Assembly (NCBI GenBank): GCA_964304625.1
Contig: OZ199838.1
Coordinates: 6,621,731-6,685,730 of the forward strand
Length of the DNA: 64,000 nt
Source: Kudoa neothunni
Lineage: Eukaryota; Animalia; Cnidaria
Direction of reading: 5' to 3'
Shown here: positions 1-12,679 of the stretch, in pieces
Numbering within the stretch: position 1 is the stretch's first letter
How the letters are laid out: each line of letters starts with the position of its first letter
Notes under the pieces: model-generated
What the model was told of the DNA's origin: nothing
The model's input: only the letters and a program-made list of their open reading frames with translations
Database searches by the model: none
Program-made: the position numbers and the translations under genes

Positions 1-659
1 AGTTTTAGCCTAGGTTTTAAGAGTTTGAGAACAGCATGGTGAACAGTTTTTAGGATGTGTTTCTGTGCTCTTATCCGAAATTGGGTAGGAAGGCTGTAAT
101 AATCGCAAGGATCTACGATTTATCATGGTCTTGCTTGCAACTGGGAGAAGAGCCTGGCAGAAGGGTAGATTTAGGGCGCTCATAAACGCCGGGATACAGG
201 AACGAAATAAAACCCAGTAGGAGGTTTTCGTAGAGCCGACGCCCACATTCAAGGGACTTCCTCAGACTTTTTCTGGGTTAGTCAAAAGTATGGTTAGGGG
301 TGTCGGATGCTCCAAAACAAGGATGTTTAGTGGGTTAAAATTCCACACTATCGCATAAATGTAAGTCGCCTAAATATGACGCTGCGGTTCCTAAAGCGTA
401 AATGGAAAGGGCCTAACCAGACCCAACTCCACAACCTAACAAGTTGCGCCAGGGGTTTGACCCTGTAAACAAACAAAAAAAGAATAAAAAAGCTTTCAGG
501 ATGACGTTAACTCCTTGAATGTTTTATTTTTATAAGATTAAGGATTATTTTGATTTTGAAAATAATTACATCGTTCAGAATTATTGCTTCTATGTTGATA
601 TGTAATTCTTTTTTCAATATAATATAACTGTATTATATTACTGGGCACATATTCACAAA

Positions 660-830
660 TTATATCAGTACATCTTAAAGACTTGACCTTCATGCCACAC
701 ATTCAAAATTAAATGGCGAGTATTTTACACTTTTTCGTTCACATGACTTTCTTAATTTACCGTTGATCAATGCAGACCTGGAAAAGTGATTGACAACAGA
801 TTTTACTTGAAAAACAGAGTCAAAGTGATT
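660..830 (-). pseudogene. Decayed hAT (Ac/ZBED-like) transposase fragment
   Basis: Minus-strand translation VKSVVNHFSRSALINGKLRKSCE...FECVA*RSSL*DVL resembles the hAT segment leading to the conserved 'DV.TRWNS..DML' motif; contains in-frame stops. Confidence 0.4.
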
Positions 831-1483
831 TGGTAATAGAACAAATTCTAGCTTGTCAGTCACAATTTTGAAATTTTTTAGCTGCTGATTAGAAACCTCC
901 TTGTAAATTGTGTTTTAACAGTTATAAATGAATTTATTGTAGGACTTTAACATTACAACTTAATTACTTAAATTTAATCCATAAAAGATTCACTTTAATT
1001 GCTGAAAATCTAATTCATAAATGCACTTTCCGTGTTAGAGGGTCCATTAGCACAAATAAATAGACTTGATTCCAAAGATTATTGGAAGCTAATGTAGCAA
1101 GAACCGTGAACAAGGTTTAGCATAGTAGAACCAGTTACAGTAGATGACGGGTTGTTCGTAATCCCATTAGGACCTCAAAAAAGTTACGAACCACACGTCA
1201 GTCAATGAAAATAAGGGAAACTTACCAAAATTTAATTATTAGACAACTAATTTTTTTCCACTTAATGTGTTTATTCTAATGTGTACTTTGAGTTAAAATT
1301 TAATAACTCATTTTCTTTATAATTTCTAATTTTTACATATTTTCGAAAATTACGAAACGCACCTCATCGACTGCATTATGATTACTAACTCAAAATTCAT
1401 TCGAAATAATCAAATTAAATTTTTCTTTTAATTCATCAATAAAACTAATAAAAACAGAATATATCTACAATAAATCTAAAAAA

Positions 1484-2317
1484 TCAAGTTTCATTGTCAC
1501 TCGAAGGTTCCTGTTTGATCATTTCAAGTAGATCTTCATCCAGCACACTTTTCTAAATACACGTTACACCTTAGATACAACCAACCACACAATTACGAAT
1601 ACCTTCGGATCAAGTTGCTCGGTTTCTTCGAGGATATCACGACTCTAAGTGAAAATTAATAATAAAAAATAATTTTTTAAATTAATTTCTAGAATCGATG
1701 TGTACCTGAAGCAATGGTAGGATTATATCACAAGCGCGATCTTCTCGCAGCAGCTTGTCAATAAATTCATCCATGTGAATCAGATAAAATTCTATAGAAA
1801 AGCAATTTTAGTGCCGTCGACGTTAACAATTAAAACGAGGATTAAATGGCAGTCATAGATACTTCCATCATTATCCATAGCTCGTAATTTACGATAGTCA
1901 CAATACAACGGTTCGAGATAATTGTAGATATCTACAGAAGAACCAACCAGTCGTAAATAGACAGCCGCTAATGCTCGCATATATTTGTACTCTTCATTTT
2001 TCAGGAATTCGATGACAATATCTTTGTCAGGTTGCAGCTGAAGCATTTTGAGTATAAGACATAAAAATGGTGTAGCTTTAACATTTCCAGCAAAAATTCC
2101 ACCGATATATTTTAATTCAACAATTTTCTCAACGAGCAATTCAGCTATGTAAAGTGTAAACCTGAGAATTCCAACCAAACATAAAACCTGAAAGACCAAA
2201 ACAATCCTCTTTCCAGTATCGTGATTCATAAACACGTTCCCTAATAATTTTTTCAACTAATAATTGTGGGTCAGTTCCGTGAACCGATTTAACGCCCTTA
2301 AAGGTTCGATTAGCCAT
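1484..2317 (-). CDS. PRPF38A: Pre-mRNA splicing factor 38A (Prp38), 5 exons, without C-terminal RS domain
   Basis: Spliced translation MANRTFKGVKSVHGTDPQLLVEKIIRERVYESRYWKEDCFGLSAELLVEK...PFLCLILKMLQLQPDKDIVIEFLKNEEYKYMRALAAVYLRL...YLEPLYCDYRK...HMDEFIDKLLREDRACDIILP follows the Prp38 N-terminal domain closely. ATG at 2317, TGA at 1484-1486, GT-AG introns. Confidence 0.95.
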
Positions 2318-2322
2318 TGTTC

Positions 2323-2332
2323 GCGCATGCGC
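2323..2332. promoter_or_regulatory. Perfect NRF1/EWG-type palindrome GCGCATGCGC immediately upstream of the PRPF38A ATG
   Basis: Exact match to the GCGCATGCGC core in otherwise GC-poor DNA; a near match (GCGCATGTGC) lies at 60638-60647 upstream of ZNF593. Confidence 0.5.
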
Positions 2333-4207
2333 CTCATTTTTTCCACAGAAGGTTCCCCTCTCGTCAATTTTAATTGCGATTTTTCTTTCCTATGGTAGAA
2401 TAACTAATATACGTAATTTTCATCAGTCAAATATACTTTTATTAATTTATTAATGAAATTATTGTTGAATCATCGTATAAATTTTAGCTCTGCGAATAAT
2501 TCGAATTCGAGAAACCTTATTTTATTAATTTATAAAATTAGAATGGATTTAACCGTTATACTTAAAAATAATAGTTTATCTGAAATAAACTCGAACACGC
2601 TAGTATTTGGCAGCAGAAAGTCTGTCGAACTAATCCCTCTGTTAGTTATATGATGCTACAACAAATTTAGTAACTGTTTTCCAGATTTAACGACATGATT
2701 TTCACTCCAATCTCTTCCTGATAAACTTCTAAAGAGGGATATTTAAAAATTTACATTTCGTACGTAACCAATGTAGTAGTACAGGATCCCGGTACTTTTA
2801 CTTTTAACTAATTATATCGGTAATTTTGATTGAAACTGTATTTTCAAAAAAAATACATCATACATACCAAGGAACTACATTGCATAATCAGTTATAACTT
2901 TTCCAAAGGCGGTGACGAGAGGTTAGGAATAATTGATTGTTGTTGGTAAAAATCAATTGATTTTAATTGTACTCTGTCACAATCAACGATTGCAATTGGT
3001 TGATATTATTAAAATTTTGTCTAGAGGTATATTTTCATACTAAATGTGAATAATTGAAGCTAGATTCTTATTTTTCAAATCTATCAGCCTTTAATATTAA
3101 AAATTGAAATAAAAATTGTTAATAACTATAGTTTCGTTGTAATCATTATTTTCTCAATACAACTAAAAATATTTTTTCCTTAAAACCAATTAAATATTTT
3201 ACGAATCCTAAAATTAAACCAAAAAAATAATGCAAAACGCTTGCAATAAACAATCATTTTTATTTTAGCAATAAGAATAAATATGTTCATAAATTATTTT
3301 TACTATTTTCAATCTTAATTAATCAAGGTTATAATTGATTTCGTCTTATATTATTGTCTATTATAGAAAAATTAAATATAAAATCGAGATAAAAACATGG
3401 AAAAATAATAAATGATACATGATACTATAATACTACCGTAATAGAATGACAAAGATAAAAGTAAAAAAATACGTCATTGTGTGAATTTAAAGAAATAATT
3501 CAAATTTTTGTTTCAAAAATCTAGACCCTGATTAAAATTAATTTGTCTATATTGACCTTATGAATTTAAAAAAGAGTATTTAAGGTTTTTGAAGTGGCAT
3601 AAATTGATACACAAATCATAAAAAATCCGTATTCAATTAGTAACTTAGAAAGGACAAAAGTTTACGTCGGAAATTTTTGGTTATAATATTAATTGGAATC
3701 GAAGTTGGTCAATATTTGCATTACATTGAAAAGTTAGTTTATATAATGGTAGACTTTTAAGAATTGGTCCTCATCATTGATCAAAATTAGGTCACGTGAA
3801 TCTGAAAATAGATACGAAGGTGCATTATCAGATCCAAATGAAGTACAAACAGCAAAATATATTGCTCTATGATTAAGAGAAAAATCGTTTATTTATAAAA
3901 TATCTTTTAGAGAGTTAAGATGAATGGATGTAGATTACAACTTAAACAAGAATGAAAATCGGCAAATTATCAATCATTAAAGACAAGATGCCGCAAAATA
4001 TATAACACGGATGAATGGATTCCAAGATAAAAAAAATTATAATAAAAAAGAATTTCCATTATAGTTTATTAATTAAAATTATCATAATTGCAATTAATTT
4101 TTTCCAACCCCTGGAGGTGACTATTGGCAAGGTAAATTTTAAGCCCGAATAGCATATACGAATGCCCAAAGGTAATTTTTAACCCAACAACTCCCTTTTA
4201 TAGTCGA

Positions 4208-5392
4208 CCAGCGCTAACTGCCCAGCGTTGCTTGGGGAAGATTTCGCCTAGAGGCATTTTTTAATAGCATTCAAAAAATATATTGAAATCTCGAATTAAC
4301 CCACAGAAAGAAAATAACTAAAAATTTTTAAGCAACTTACTATAACTATTTGGATTATGCAATTTAAATTATGATAATTTCTGTGAAGGAAAGTATCCAT
4401 CCCTGCGTCCAATTAAAAAATTTCGTGGCTCGGCATTAACGCTAAACAAGTTAAGGTCAGCGTCGTATTTTTTTCATTCCAAATTATTTAAATCCCGTTA
4501 AAGTGTTATCTAAGACGTTATTTTTTGGCCCGGAGGATTTCTAAAAGTCGAATTCTGGCTCGGCTTGGTAACTTTGTGCACCACTAACTTTTTAAGAGAT
4601 AAAATAATAGAAAAAATAAAAGAGATAGAAGAAAACTTATGAAAATTAATCGATATTGCTAAAATTAGCATCGTTTGGCTCGGCATAAACATACATGCGC
4701 TTTTATCATAAACAGCCACAAATCGCGTCGACTTCAACATAAACAATTTAAATAATTTGGTAAAATAAAAGTACAGCCATCGGCATTGAATTTAATCACG
4801 TAAAGTAAAACTTAGCGGACGATTTAATAAAACCTATGAACGCAGTATTTCCCTTATAACGCTTCAATCAATATAACTTTAACGTTCTCCACAAATTCGT
4901 TATTTATGAAACATATATAGATTTTTGGTCACATTGAAAACCATTAATAGAACTTATAAAATATACTTATCAAGTCATATACGTTAAAACTCCACAAATA
5001 AGGAGTGTGTTTAAACAGACACCCAAATAGAAACGCCAACCTTATACATAAGGATAGATAGAAGCAGTTAATGAACATATGATGGAGCATATAAGGATGA
5101 TAGTTAATTTCAACCGACCATCACCATGACATAAGCAAGCGCTAATCCTATAGTCGAACTCATGTAATCCGATAAACAAACTTTAAATCGACAAAATCAC
5201 TATTTCATAAATACTTTTTGGAGACTTTAGTCGCCCGAAAAAAATTGAACGACTTTTCTAAATATCACAAATTTATAAAAATTTTATATATGCCTCTCTA
5301 TAAGGAAAAAATTGTCCGCACATGCGTACTTAGGACATACACACACAAACAAACGTACCGACAGTCCTTTTATATATATATATATATAAGGA
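4208..5392 (-). mobile_element. Non-autonomous Helitron-like element
   Basis: On the minus strand it starts A|TCCTTATATATA... followed by GTTT/GT microsatellite-like sequence and ends with a GC hairpin (CCCAAGC-AAC-GCTGGG) about 10 nt before CTGG|T. This gives 5'-TC, 3'-CTRR, an A|T insertion site and no TSD. Confidence 0.6.
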
Positions 5393-6363
5393 TGTATAAA
5401 GCATATTTTTTAGAACCTGCTAAATTAAATTATTCCTGACCAGTCGCTTTGCTTTTGAAGACCAAGAATAGTTAAATACAATGTATCCTCGGACTTCGAC
5501 CATAATCAGTTCTAGAAGTGTGATCGAACTTCGAATAATTTTTTCCCGAGCAAAATAATGAAAATTTGTTATATCCGTTATCGCACCTCCAATAAATGAC
5601 TATTTTTATTCGTATTTATTAAAATTACATGTATACCTTTTGTTTATAAAATAAAAAACATAACAAATAAATATTAAATATAATAATTAAAATGAAATAT
5701 AGGATAAATATTTCTTGGTTGTCATACGATAGATTATAAAAGTTTCTCCTTCGATGACAGTCGCACAATTTGATTCAGCGAATCTTCTTTTAGAATTTCT
5801 TTTCATCTCTGTTTTTGCTCCAACTAGATTTTTTTTCAATACCCTTTCTGCATGTGTTCGGATTCAAAAGTGCTTTTGACTCAGAATTTTTGTTCGAACT
5901 CCGATTTGCGGGAGCTCCAGGACGTTTGAACTCGGTGGTTGCATTGTATAGTCCCGGACGGTCAGGCATGCCCGGATCGGGAGCTAACTTTAAGGTGGCT
6001 CAAATTTTCAAGGGCCACAAGGCATTGAAATCATTTATATACATCTTCCTTATTTAAAACTTAAATTTTTGGTAAATATTAAAATAGAATGTTTTATAAT
6101 TATAAATAAAGGTTTTTTATTTTGTCTCATTCAGTTAATCGCTAAAAAACTTACATACATTTTTACAGGTATAATTTATGATGGTTTTTCCAACAAAGTA
6201 AATTAATAGTTAATGATCAAACATACTTTTTCTCTATGAAAAATGTCGCGAAAATAAAATATTTTTCACGTTTAATCATGTGTGGTAGTTTGACAATAAA
6301 TAAAATTAAATATTTACGAATAAAGTAATAACAGCAGAAGTTGATGCTTTCGAAAAATTTTAT

Positions 6364-6660
6364 TTAGAAATTGTTTCTAATGTTAATAGTTTTATACGTT
6401 CCCGTATAATCACTGAGCTGACTGTAATCTGGTTCGTATGTTGTTAACGCAGTACGAATTAGCTCTGCCAAGTGTTGGTGTTTGTTTGTGGGGGATTGGC
6501 AACTCTTCAATTTTACAAACTTTATCGTCGATGAAATAAACTCACACCAATAAGTTGTTCCAAGGATAGAAACAAGTTTGAGGCAAATTTGTCTTAATTT
6601 TGAGGATTTAGTTTCTGTAACGTATTCCAAAATTCGCTTAATGAGTTGGAATTATGAATC
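6364..6660 (-). pseudogene. hAT transposase C-terminal dimerisation-domain remnant (GTF2IRD2/SPIN/Buster-like)
   Basis: LRQICLKLVSILGTTYWCEFISSTIKFVK...HLAELIRTALTTYEPDYSQL matches the 'FGSTYLCE..FS.MK..K...L...HL...LR' C-terminus of this family; no upstream catalytic ORF. Confidence 0.65.
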
Positions 6661-7352
6661 ATCTTTAAACGTTAATACGTGTTTTATTCACTCGATATCT
6701 ATCATTTTGGTAATGGATAAACATTAATTCTAATTGTATTTCCTAATGAAACTAGTAATAATTCTAGTTTGCATCAAATATTAAAGCTGTATGGTAGGTA
6801 GCTCGTAACTGTTTTCTAATCAAAAATATTATCTAATCTAGTTTACGATTAAAGAGTTTATTTCGTCATTTGATTAAATAGTTTAAATTTTGTACTTTTT
6901 TAAATTAACGCGCAGGTGAATTAAAAAGATTCAACTTAAAAATAATTTTTTCAAGAGATGCTGTTTGGCCACCATCGGCATGGTCAAAACTAGCGATATC
7001 TAATTATTTTTATCATGCCAGTAGCTATTTTTTTATTGATATTATAACTTGATGTATAATTTATTATTAATTCATTGTGACTGGAATCTTAATTAAGCTA
7101 AATTAAATTTCCTCTAACTACTCAACAAATTAAACCGTAATTTTAAAAAATCTAACGATAACTGCACAATATTGTCGAACAGATTTCGTAACTAATTGGT
7201 TAAAGAAACGAGCACAATAACTGTAACAATGAAATAGATTGGTCGAGCGTAAAATATCAACAACAAATGAAATAACCATAGCAACACTGAAAAATCAAGT
7301 TTAGCATTGTAGACAAAGAGAAAACGACGGTAGAAGTGCGGATGGACAATAA

Positions 7353-8283
7353 TCACTTTCTGCGTTGTTCTTTCTCAAGACGAGCGAGCCGTTCACAAAT
7401 TTTATTAAACCGAAGTTCCAAATCATTCAATCGTGCCAAAATAACATCAGAATGATTGGAAGAATCATGAGTTTTTTTGGGTTTTACAGATTTTTTGTTC
7501 TGTTTACCAAAGAAACGATAAATAATAACGTAGGTGATGTAGGTTGCAAATAGTGACCCTGCGACAATCCAAGTGTGTTCTTTGAGCATGGCAACCATAG
7601 CTAGCACCGGTGAAAAAATAGTCACATACCTAATCGAAACAAAACAATAAAAAAGATCTAAAAATCAATTAAAAACGTACAGGTAGAACAATGTGGTGAT
7701 GCTCTTGAAGGCATACACATAGAGGAAGTATATGAGGAAAAGAATAGCCACAAATGATTGTTTTTTGTTGAAAAGGAAAACCAAAACGGCGACACTTACA
7801 CTAAGAATAATAGGTTCAATATTTTGGGAGTTTCCTTGTTTGAATGCTCTCAAATGGGTCCATGGATTGTATGCAGCTAGCAAATAAATAAGAATCGAAA
7901 AAGAGTGGCGACAGATGGTTACTTTGGCCAGCATGGGAATCGAAGAATTCACGCAACGACTTAATTATTTTGATGCTATACGCATTATAATAAGGGTAGA
8001 CTTTGGTGTAGATTTGATGAAGAGAATAGTGTGTGAATCTTGCCGTTAGATAGATCACTTTTCGAAGTGTAATTCCATCGTAGAGATCTTCCAATATGAG
8101 ATCGAGTTCGAGTTGTGATGGTGGTTCGATCGAGCTCACATAGTTAACAATTGGTTGCAAAGCTGAGCGAAGTAACATTTTAAGATCTTGTGAGGATTTC
8201 TTATTGTCACCATGTCGATTTTGTTGTGAGTCCACATTCGGGGATAACAATACCAAAACTGTGCCAATGAATACAACCCACAT
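7353..8283 (-). CDS. Membrane protein with signal peptide, about three TM segments and a C-terminal coiled coil (architecture like TMEM109/BRI3BP)
   Basis: Three exons joined by GT-AG introns (about 7878-7923 and 7630-7680). N-terminus MWVVFIGTVLVLLSPNVDS, hydrophobic segments, then VILARLNDLELRFNKICERLARLEKEQRRK. The gene is well supported; the family call rests on architecture only. Confidence 0.6.
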
Positions 8284-8490
8284 GACTCAAAATCAACCTC
8301 CAATAGAATCACCAACAGACACAATGGCAAACAAGGCAGTTGTATGCGCAAGCTCAAAGAACGCGGATTAACGTAAGACGTAAGGATTATGTATATGACG
8401 TGTCCTATTTGTGTATTAGTCGGCACCTACCACGGCACAGATTTTCGATTAATTGGTATCACGTAGAAGCAAATAAACAACAGTTATAAA

Positions 8491-10308
8491 CTAGAATATA
8501 TTATTCAATTCTTTAGTGGAAATAGATGTTTTTACAATGGTGACACTTTGTCTACCATTAGAACGATAAATAAATCCGGGAATTATCGAATTTCTGTTTT
8601 CATTTGGCGGCTCAATGTTCCCATCAAAACACGTTAATACAATCTGTCCCTTTGAATCTACATCGACAGTAAAATCGATGGGGATGTTGTCAAATGCTTT
8701 CTCAACATGTTTATTGGTATCGATTAAACTATCGTTATCATTATAATCAACATTATCAGTTGTAGATTCATTGATTGGATTATTTTTAAGTTGATCAAGT
8801 TTTTGTTTGATACTAGTATAGAGTTTATTTTTGGAATTTTCTGACAACACACCATAATCCATAATCTAAAATAATATCACGTTTAATTTGAAAAAAAACA
8901 GCAGAAACGAATATTAACACATTACCTCAAGTTTATCGGCACCATTTTCATTTCTCCATGGTGCTACCTCCCATTTATTTTTGGCGCAAAAATGTTTTTT
9001 ATCTCGAGGATCATTTAATGAAACATTTTTCGAGGGAATAGTTCCATCTACAACAGCTAGCGCAAAATTTTCTTGTTGTTTTTGAAAAACAGTCGGTAGC
9101 TTGAGATTGTTTTCGCTCCTGCTTCCACGAGAAGTTGAACCTTTGCCTTGAAGAGCTTCCCAAACAGTGGGGATATCGGGTTTTTGTAGGAATTCGGGCC
9201 ACGTTTCAACACCATCAGTACCATCAACATTCATATTAATTTGTTCTGCTGACGTTTTAATTTTTTTCTCAATTTTCACTATCGTCCCGTTATCATTTTT
9301 GGCGAGAGCTTTGTTGTATTGAAGTAGGTATTTGTATAAGGTTTTGGCTTGTTTCCTTGGTAACGTCAGTACGATTTTTTCTATCACAAAAGTTTAATCA
9401 CTTTTGATAAAACCAACCAATACCCTCATTTAGGAAAATTTTTAATGGTAGCAACGGTTGAGTTTTGTAGTGATCAAATAGCTGAGCGATATAGGTGTTT
9501 TGTTTTGTGGTGTAAGTTAGATTGAGTTTTTTCAAATGTTCTTTTTCGCGTAAACGTCGATCAATTAAATCTGACTTGTAAGCATAAAAGCGTTCCAATT
9601 GATACCATTTCAGCTGTGGAAAACAACATTAACTATCTCTCTTAATTGAGTTTACAGTTACCAATGTGCCCTTTTTTCTTAAGATATAACCGCTTTCTTT
9701 CAATTTGGAGGGTGGATTTTGAAGGTAATCTCTTGGATCGAGTTTGTGTAGTGGGATTTTCAAATTTTTTCTAGCGTGTTGTTTTGCCAAACGAACCTGT
9801 CGTTGTATTGAAGCGTCAATATTGAATTCATTCTGCTCAAGAGACAACCCAAAGAATTCGGAGGGACATCGCTTTCCCGCACTTTTTTTCCAATTCCTAT
9901 CCCACCATAGTAGAATGATAGCCAACTATAGAATGAGCTCAATCTAATTTGACAGCAAAACCCCACCTCTTCAACATATCCATCATAACCACACCCATAG
10001 ATAGTTTGCCACATTTTGGACATAATCTTCGCCTCCTGCATCACTTCAATTGGTACGGTATTTTTTATTAATGTTTTCTGTTGTTTAATCAACTCAAGAA
10101 TATTATCTTTATTTAATTCATTATAGTGCACTAAATTCTTTGATATCGAACACATAAATCGTAATGAATTCCTTTTAGTCTGATTAATCGCTATACAAAA
10201 ACAGTTATCTGCCAACTAAAATAGTATGATCTATTTTCAATATTCAAAATCAAGTGTAACCTTGGTAAAATTAACAAACTCATCAATAAATAGCAACTTC
10301 GCACCCAT
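8491..10308 (-). CDS. Uncharacterised protein of roughly 500 aa, about 6 exons
   Basis: Consecutive minus-strand ORFs (MGAKLLFIDEFVNFTK | LADNCF...YVEE | LAIILLWWDRNWKK...KGTL | LKWYQLERFY... | EKIVLTLP...DKLE | IMDYGV...NNIF*) join in frame across short GT-AG introns; no motif recognised. Confidence 0.7.
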
Positions 10309-10408
10309 TATAATCTCAAGAATCCTCAATCCTGATCGTAATTAGAATTGGAACTTGGCCTGCGCGAATGCTTAATTTTCTGTTTGGTCCCTAGGTGTTT
10401 TTGCTCGA

Positions 10409-12679
10409 ATGGATGATATCTTTGTTTGGTTTTGTGATGCAAATAATTCCAATGGGTAGTTGGTAATTTTTCCTACTCATAACTATTATTTTGTAGATGA
10501 GAATAACGGCTTTGACAATTCTTATAATTACACCATAGAAGAGATTGTTCCAGGTGGGATTAGGCAGTTTTTAAAATATGCTCAATCTAGATAATTTAAA
10601 ATTAGGTGAAACCAAAGAGGTGCCAATAAGTATGGGCCCACCCGGGAAAAAATCATATCATGGCATCCTGCATATTTATAGAACGCAATCGTAACAAATA
10701 CCAATAATTTGTAGACAGAATTAATCTCTTTATTTTAGCCCAAAAAATTTTTCCGATTGTAGAACGTTAGTAGCTTTAAATATACATGCAAGTGTTCCTG
10801 TGAAGACTGTGGTCTCTCATTTGTTTCCTTACTGGAGTGTTATTGAGCATATCAAAGTGGTCAAAGGTGAGAAAATGAATAGATATTCAGCATTGATTCG
10901 ATTTAAAACTCATGTATGTATTTTTTTGTTCTTTTATTTATATTATTAAAATTAGGTTGATGCAACATTATGCTATCAAAATTTTGATGGCTACACCATA
11001 CCAGATCGTGTTAACACAGTAGTTTAACAAATTTGATGATAATAATAGTAACAACGGATAATTTTAATTGTTTGTTAGGTTTTGAATTTGTCATTTGTTC
11101 ATTCGTTGCAAATCACCAAGTCGGTACGTTAAATTTTTATTAATACGATTGGCTGGAATGGGTGTGTGATCTAGAAAAATTTCGTACCACCAAAAAACTC
11201 AATAGAACTTCCATCTTGTCCAGTTTGCCTTGAAGATCTGGTTGGTTTTCATTTCTTAGAAAGTTTTATTTATACTGGTTGCCAGGACGAAACTGTCAAC
11301 GGTCTTATGACCATACAATGTGATCATACATTCCATAGAGAGTGTATTTATAAATGGCATGATTTCAAGTAATAATTCGATTTGTTGGTATAATCATTTT
11401 GTTTCTTTGGGGTGATTTTAGTTGTCCAGTCTGCCGCCTAGAACAAAGCCCATTGAACACAGGCGACCAAAAATGCAAGATATGCGGCTCTACAGATGTA
11501 ATATTAAAAAATGCAAATAAATAACTCAATTTGTTGTTTGTAGAGTCTTTGGATTTGTTTAATATGTGGCTTTATTGGATGTGATCGCTATCAAAATAAA
11601 CATGCCGTATTGTATATTGTTCTTTGTTGGTTGATTTTATAATCGTCAATAATAATGTTATAGACATTTTGAAGAAACCTGTCACACATTCTCCAAACAA
11701 ATTGGAGGTACAAAAGTTTGGGACTATGTTTCTGGTATTTATTATGCGTATCTTAAACAACTAAAGGATACTTCGTTTAGATTGCTATGGTTCATCGTAT
11801 TATTTCAAACCATGGTGACAACAAATTGGTAGAATGGGAAACAATTGCAAAGGTATGAAAGTTGTCTTGCTGTATTGATAAAAACTCCAATTCTTTGTAG
11901 TCTCCAAATACTTTCACCAGGTGACCACAGTCTCGATCTCAAACTTAACCATATGGAAAAAGAGGTAATGTCAAAATGATAACAACAAATTTGAATAGTA
12001 ACTTCATTAGTACATGGGTTTGATCGCTATCCAATTGGAAAGCCAACAAAATATTTTTGCTGAAAAAATGAATCAATTATCTGAAGAGCACCGTAAAGAA
12101 ATTCAAAAAATTCATGATATTCACCGAAAAGAAATGACCAGTTTCATGACGAATTCGGCGCGCACTATAGACGCTAAATGCAAAGAATTCAACACTCAAC
12201 TCAACAAATATAAATCAACCATTGAAAATTTTTTATGTGATATCAGCAACAAAGACCAACAAATAGTTCAACTTGAACAACAAATTAATGGCTCCTCTGT
12301 TGGTAATGTACCAAAAAAATCAAAAACTCAAGAACGACGATTGAATTCGTTACAGAAAAAGGTTAAGCAACTTCAAGATGAACTTATTGACGAGAAACAA
12401 CTCAGTAATACAATCGGCCTAGCCAAAGTTGAATGTGAAAACAGATTGGCTGATTTCCTAATTCAAGCCGATGAGAAGGAACAATTCTATAAAAAACAAA
12501 TCCAATCATTGGAAGAAAAAGTCAGAGATTTGTCCATTCATCTAGATCTATCCTGTGATATAAAAAATAATCCAGAAAAATACGATCAAATTAATTCTAC
12601 TGACGACACAAGTGGAACAACAGTTAAAATCAAACCTACTCAAGGATCCTTTAATCTTACACGGGACCCTTTTAAGTGA
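10409..12679 (+). CDS. BRAP: BRCA1-associated protein (BRAP2/IMP/Etp1) RING-ZnF-UBP E3 ligase
   Basis: Exons encode the BRAP2 domain (HGILHIYR; VIEHIKVVK...[10 protein letters not shown]), RING ([14 protein letters not shown]...[13 protein letters not shown]...CPVCR), ZnF-UBP ([30 protein letters not shown]...VWDY) and coiled coil ([13 protein letters not shown]). The start is approximate; apparent +1 G indels occur at 10454-10456 and 11789-11790. Confidence 0.92.

Noticed and set aside
5815-6057. ORF with GAPG/PGRSGMPG collagen-like words
   Set aside because: No sustained Gly-X-Y periodicity or splice context; more likely GC-rich transposon-terminal sequence next to the hAT remnant.
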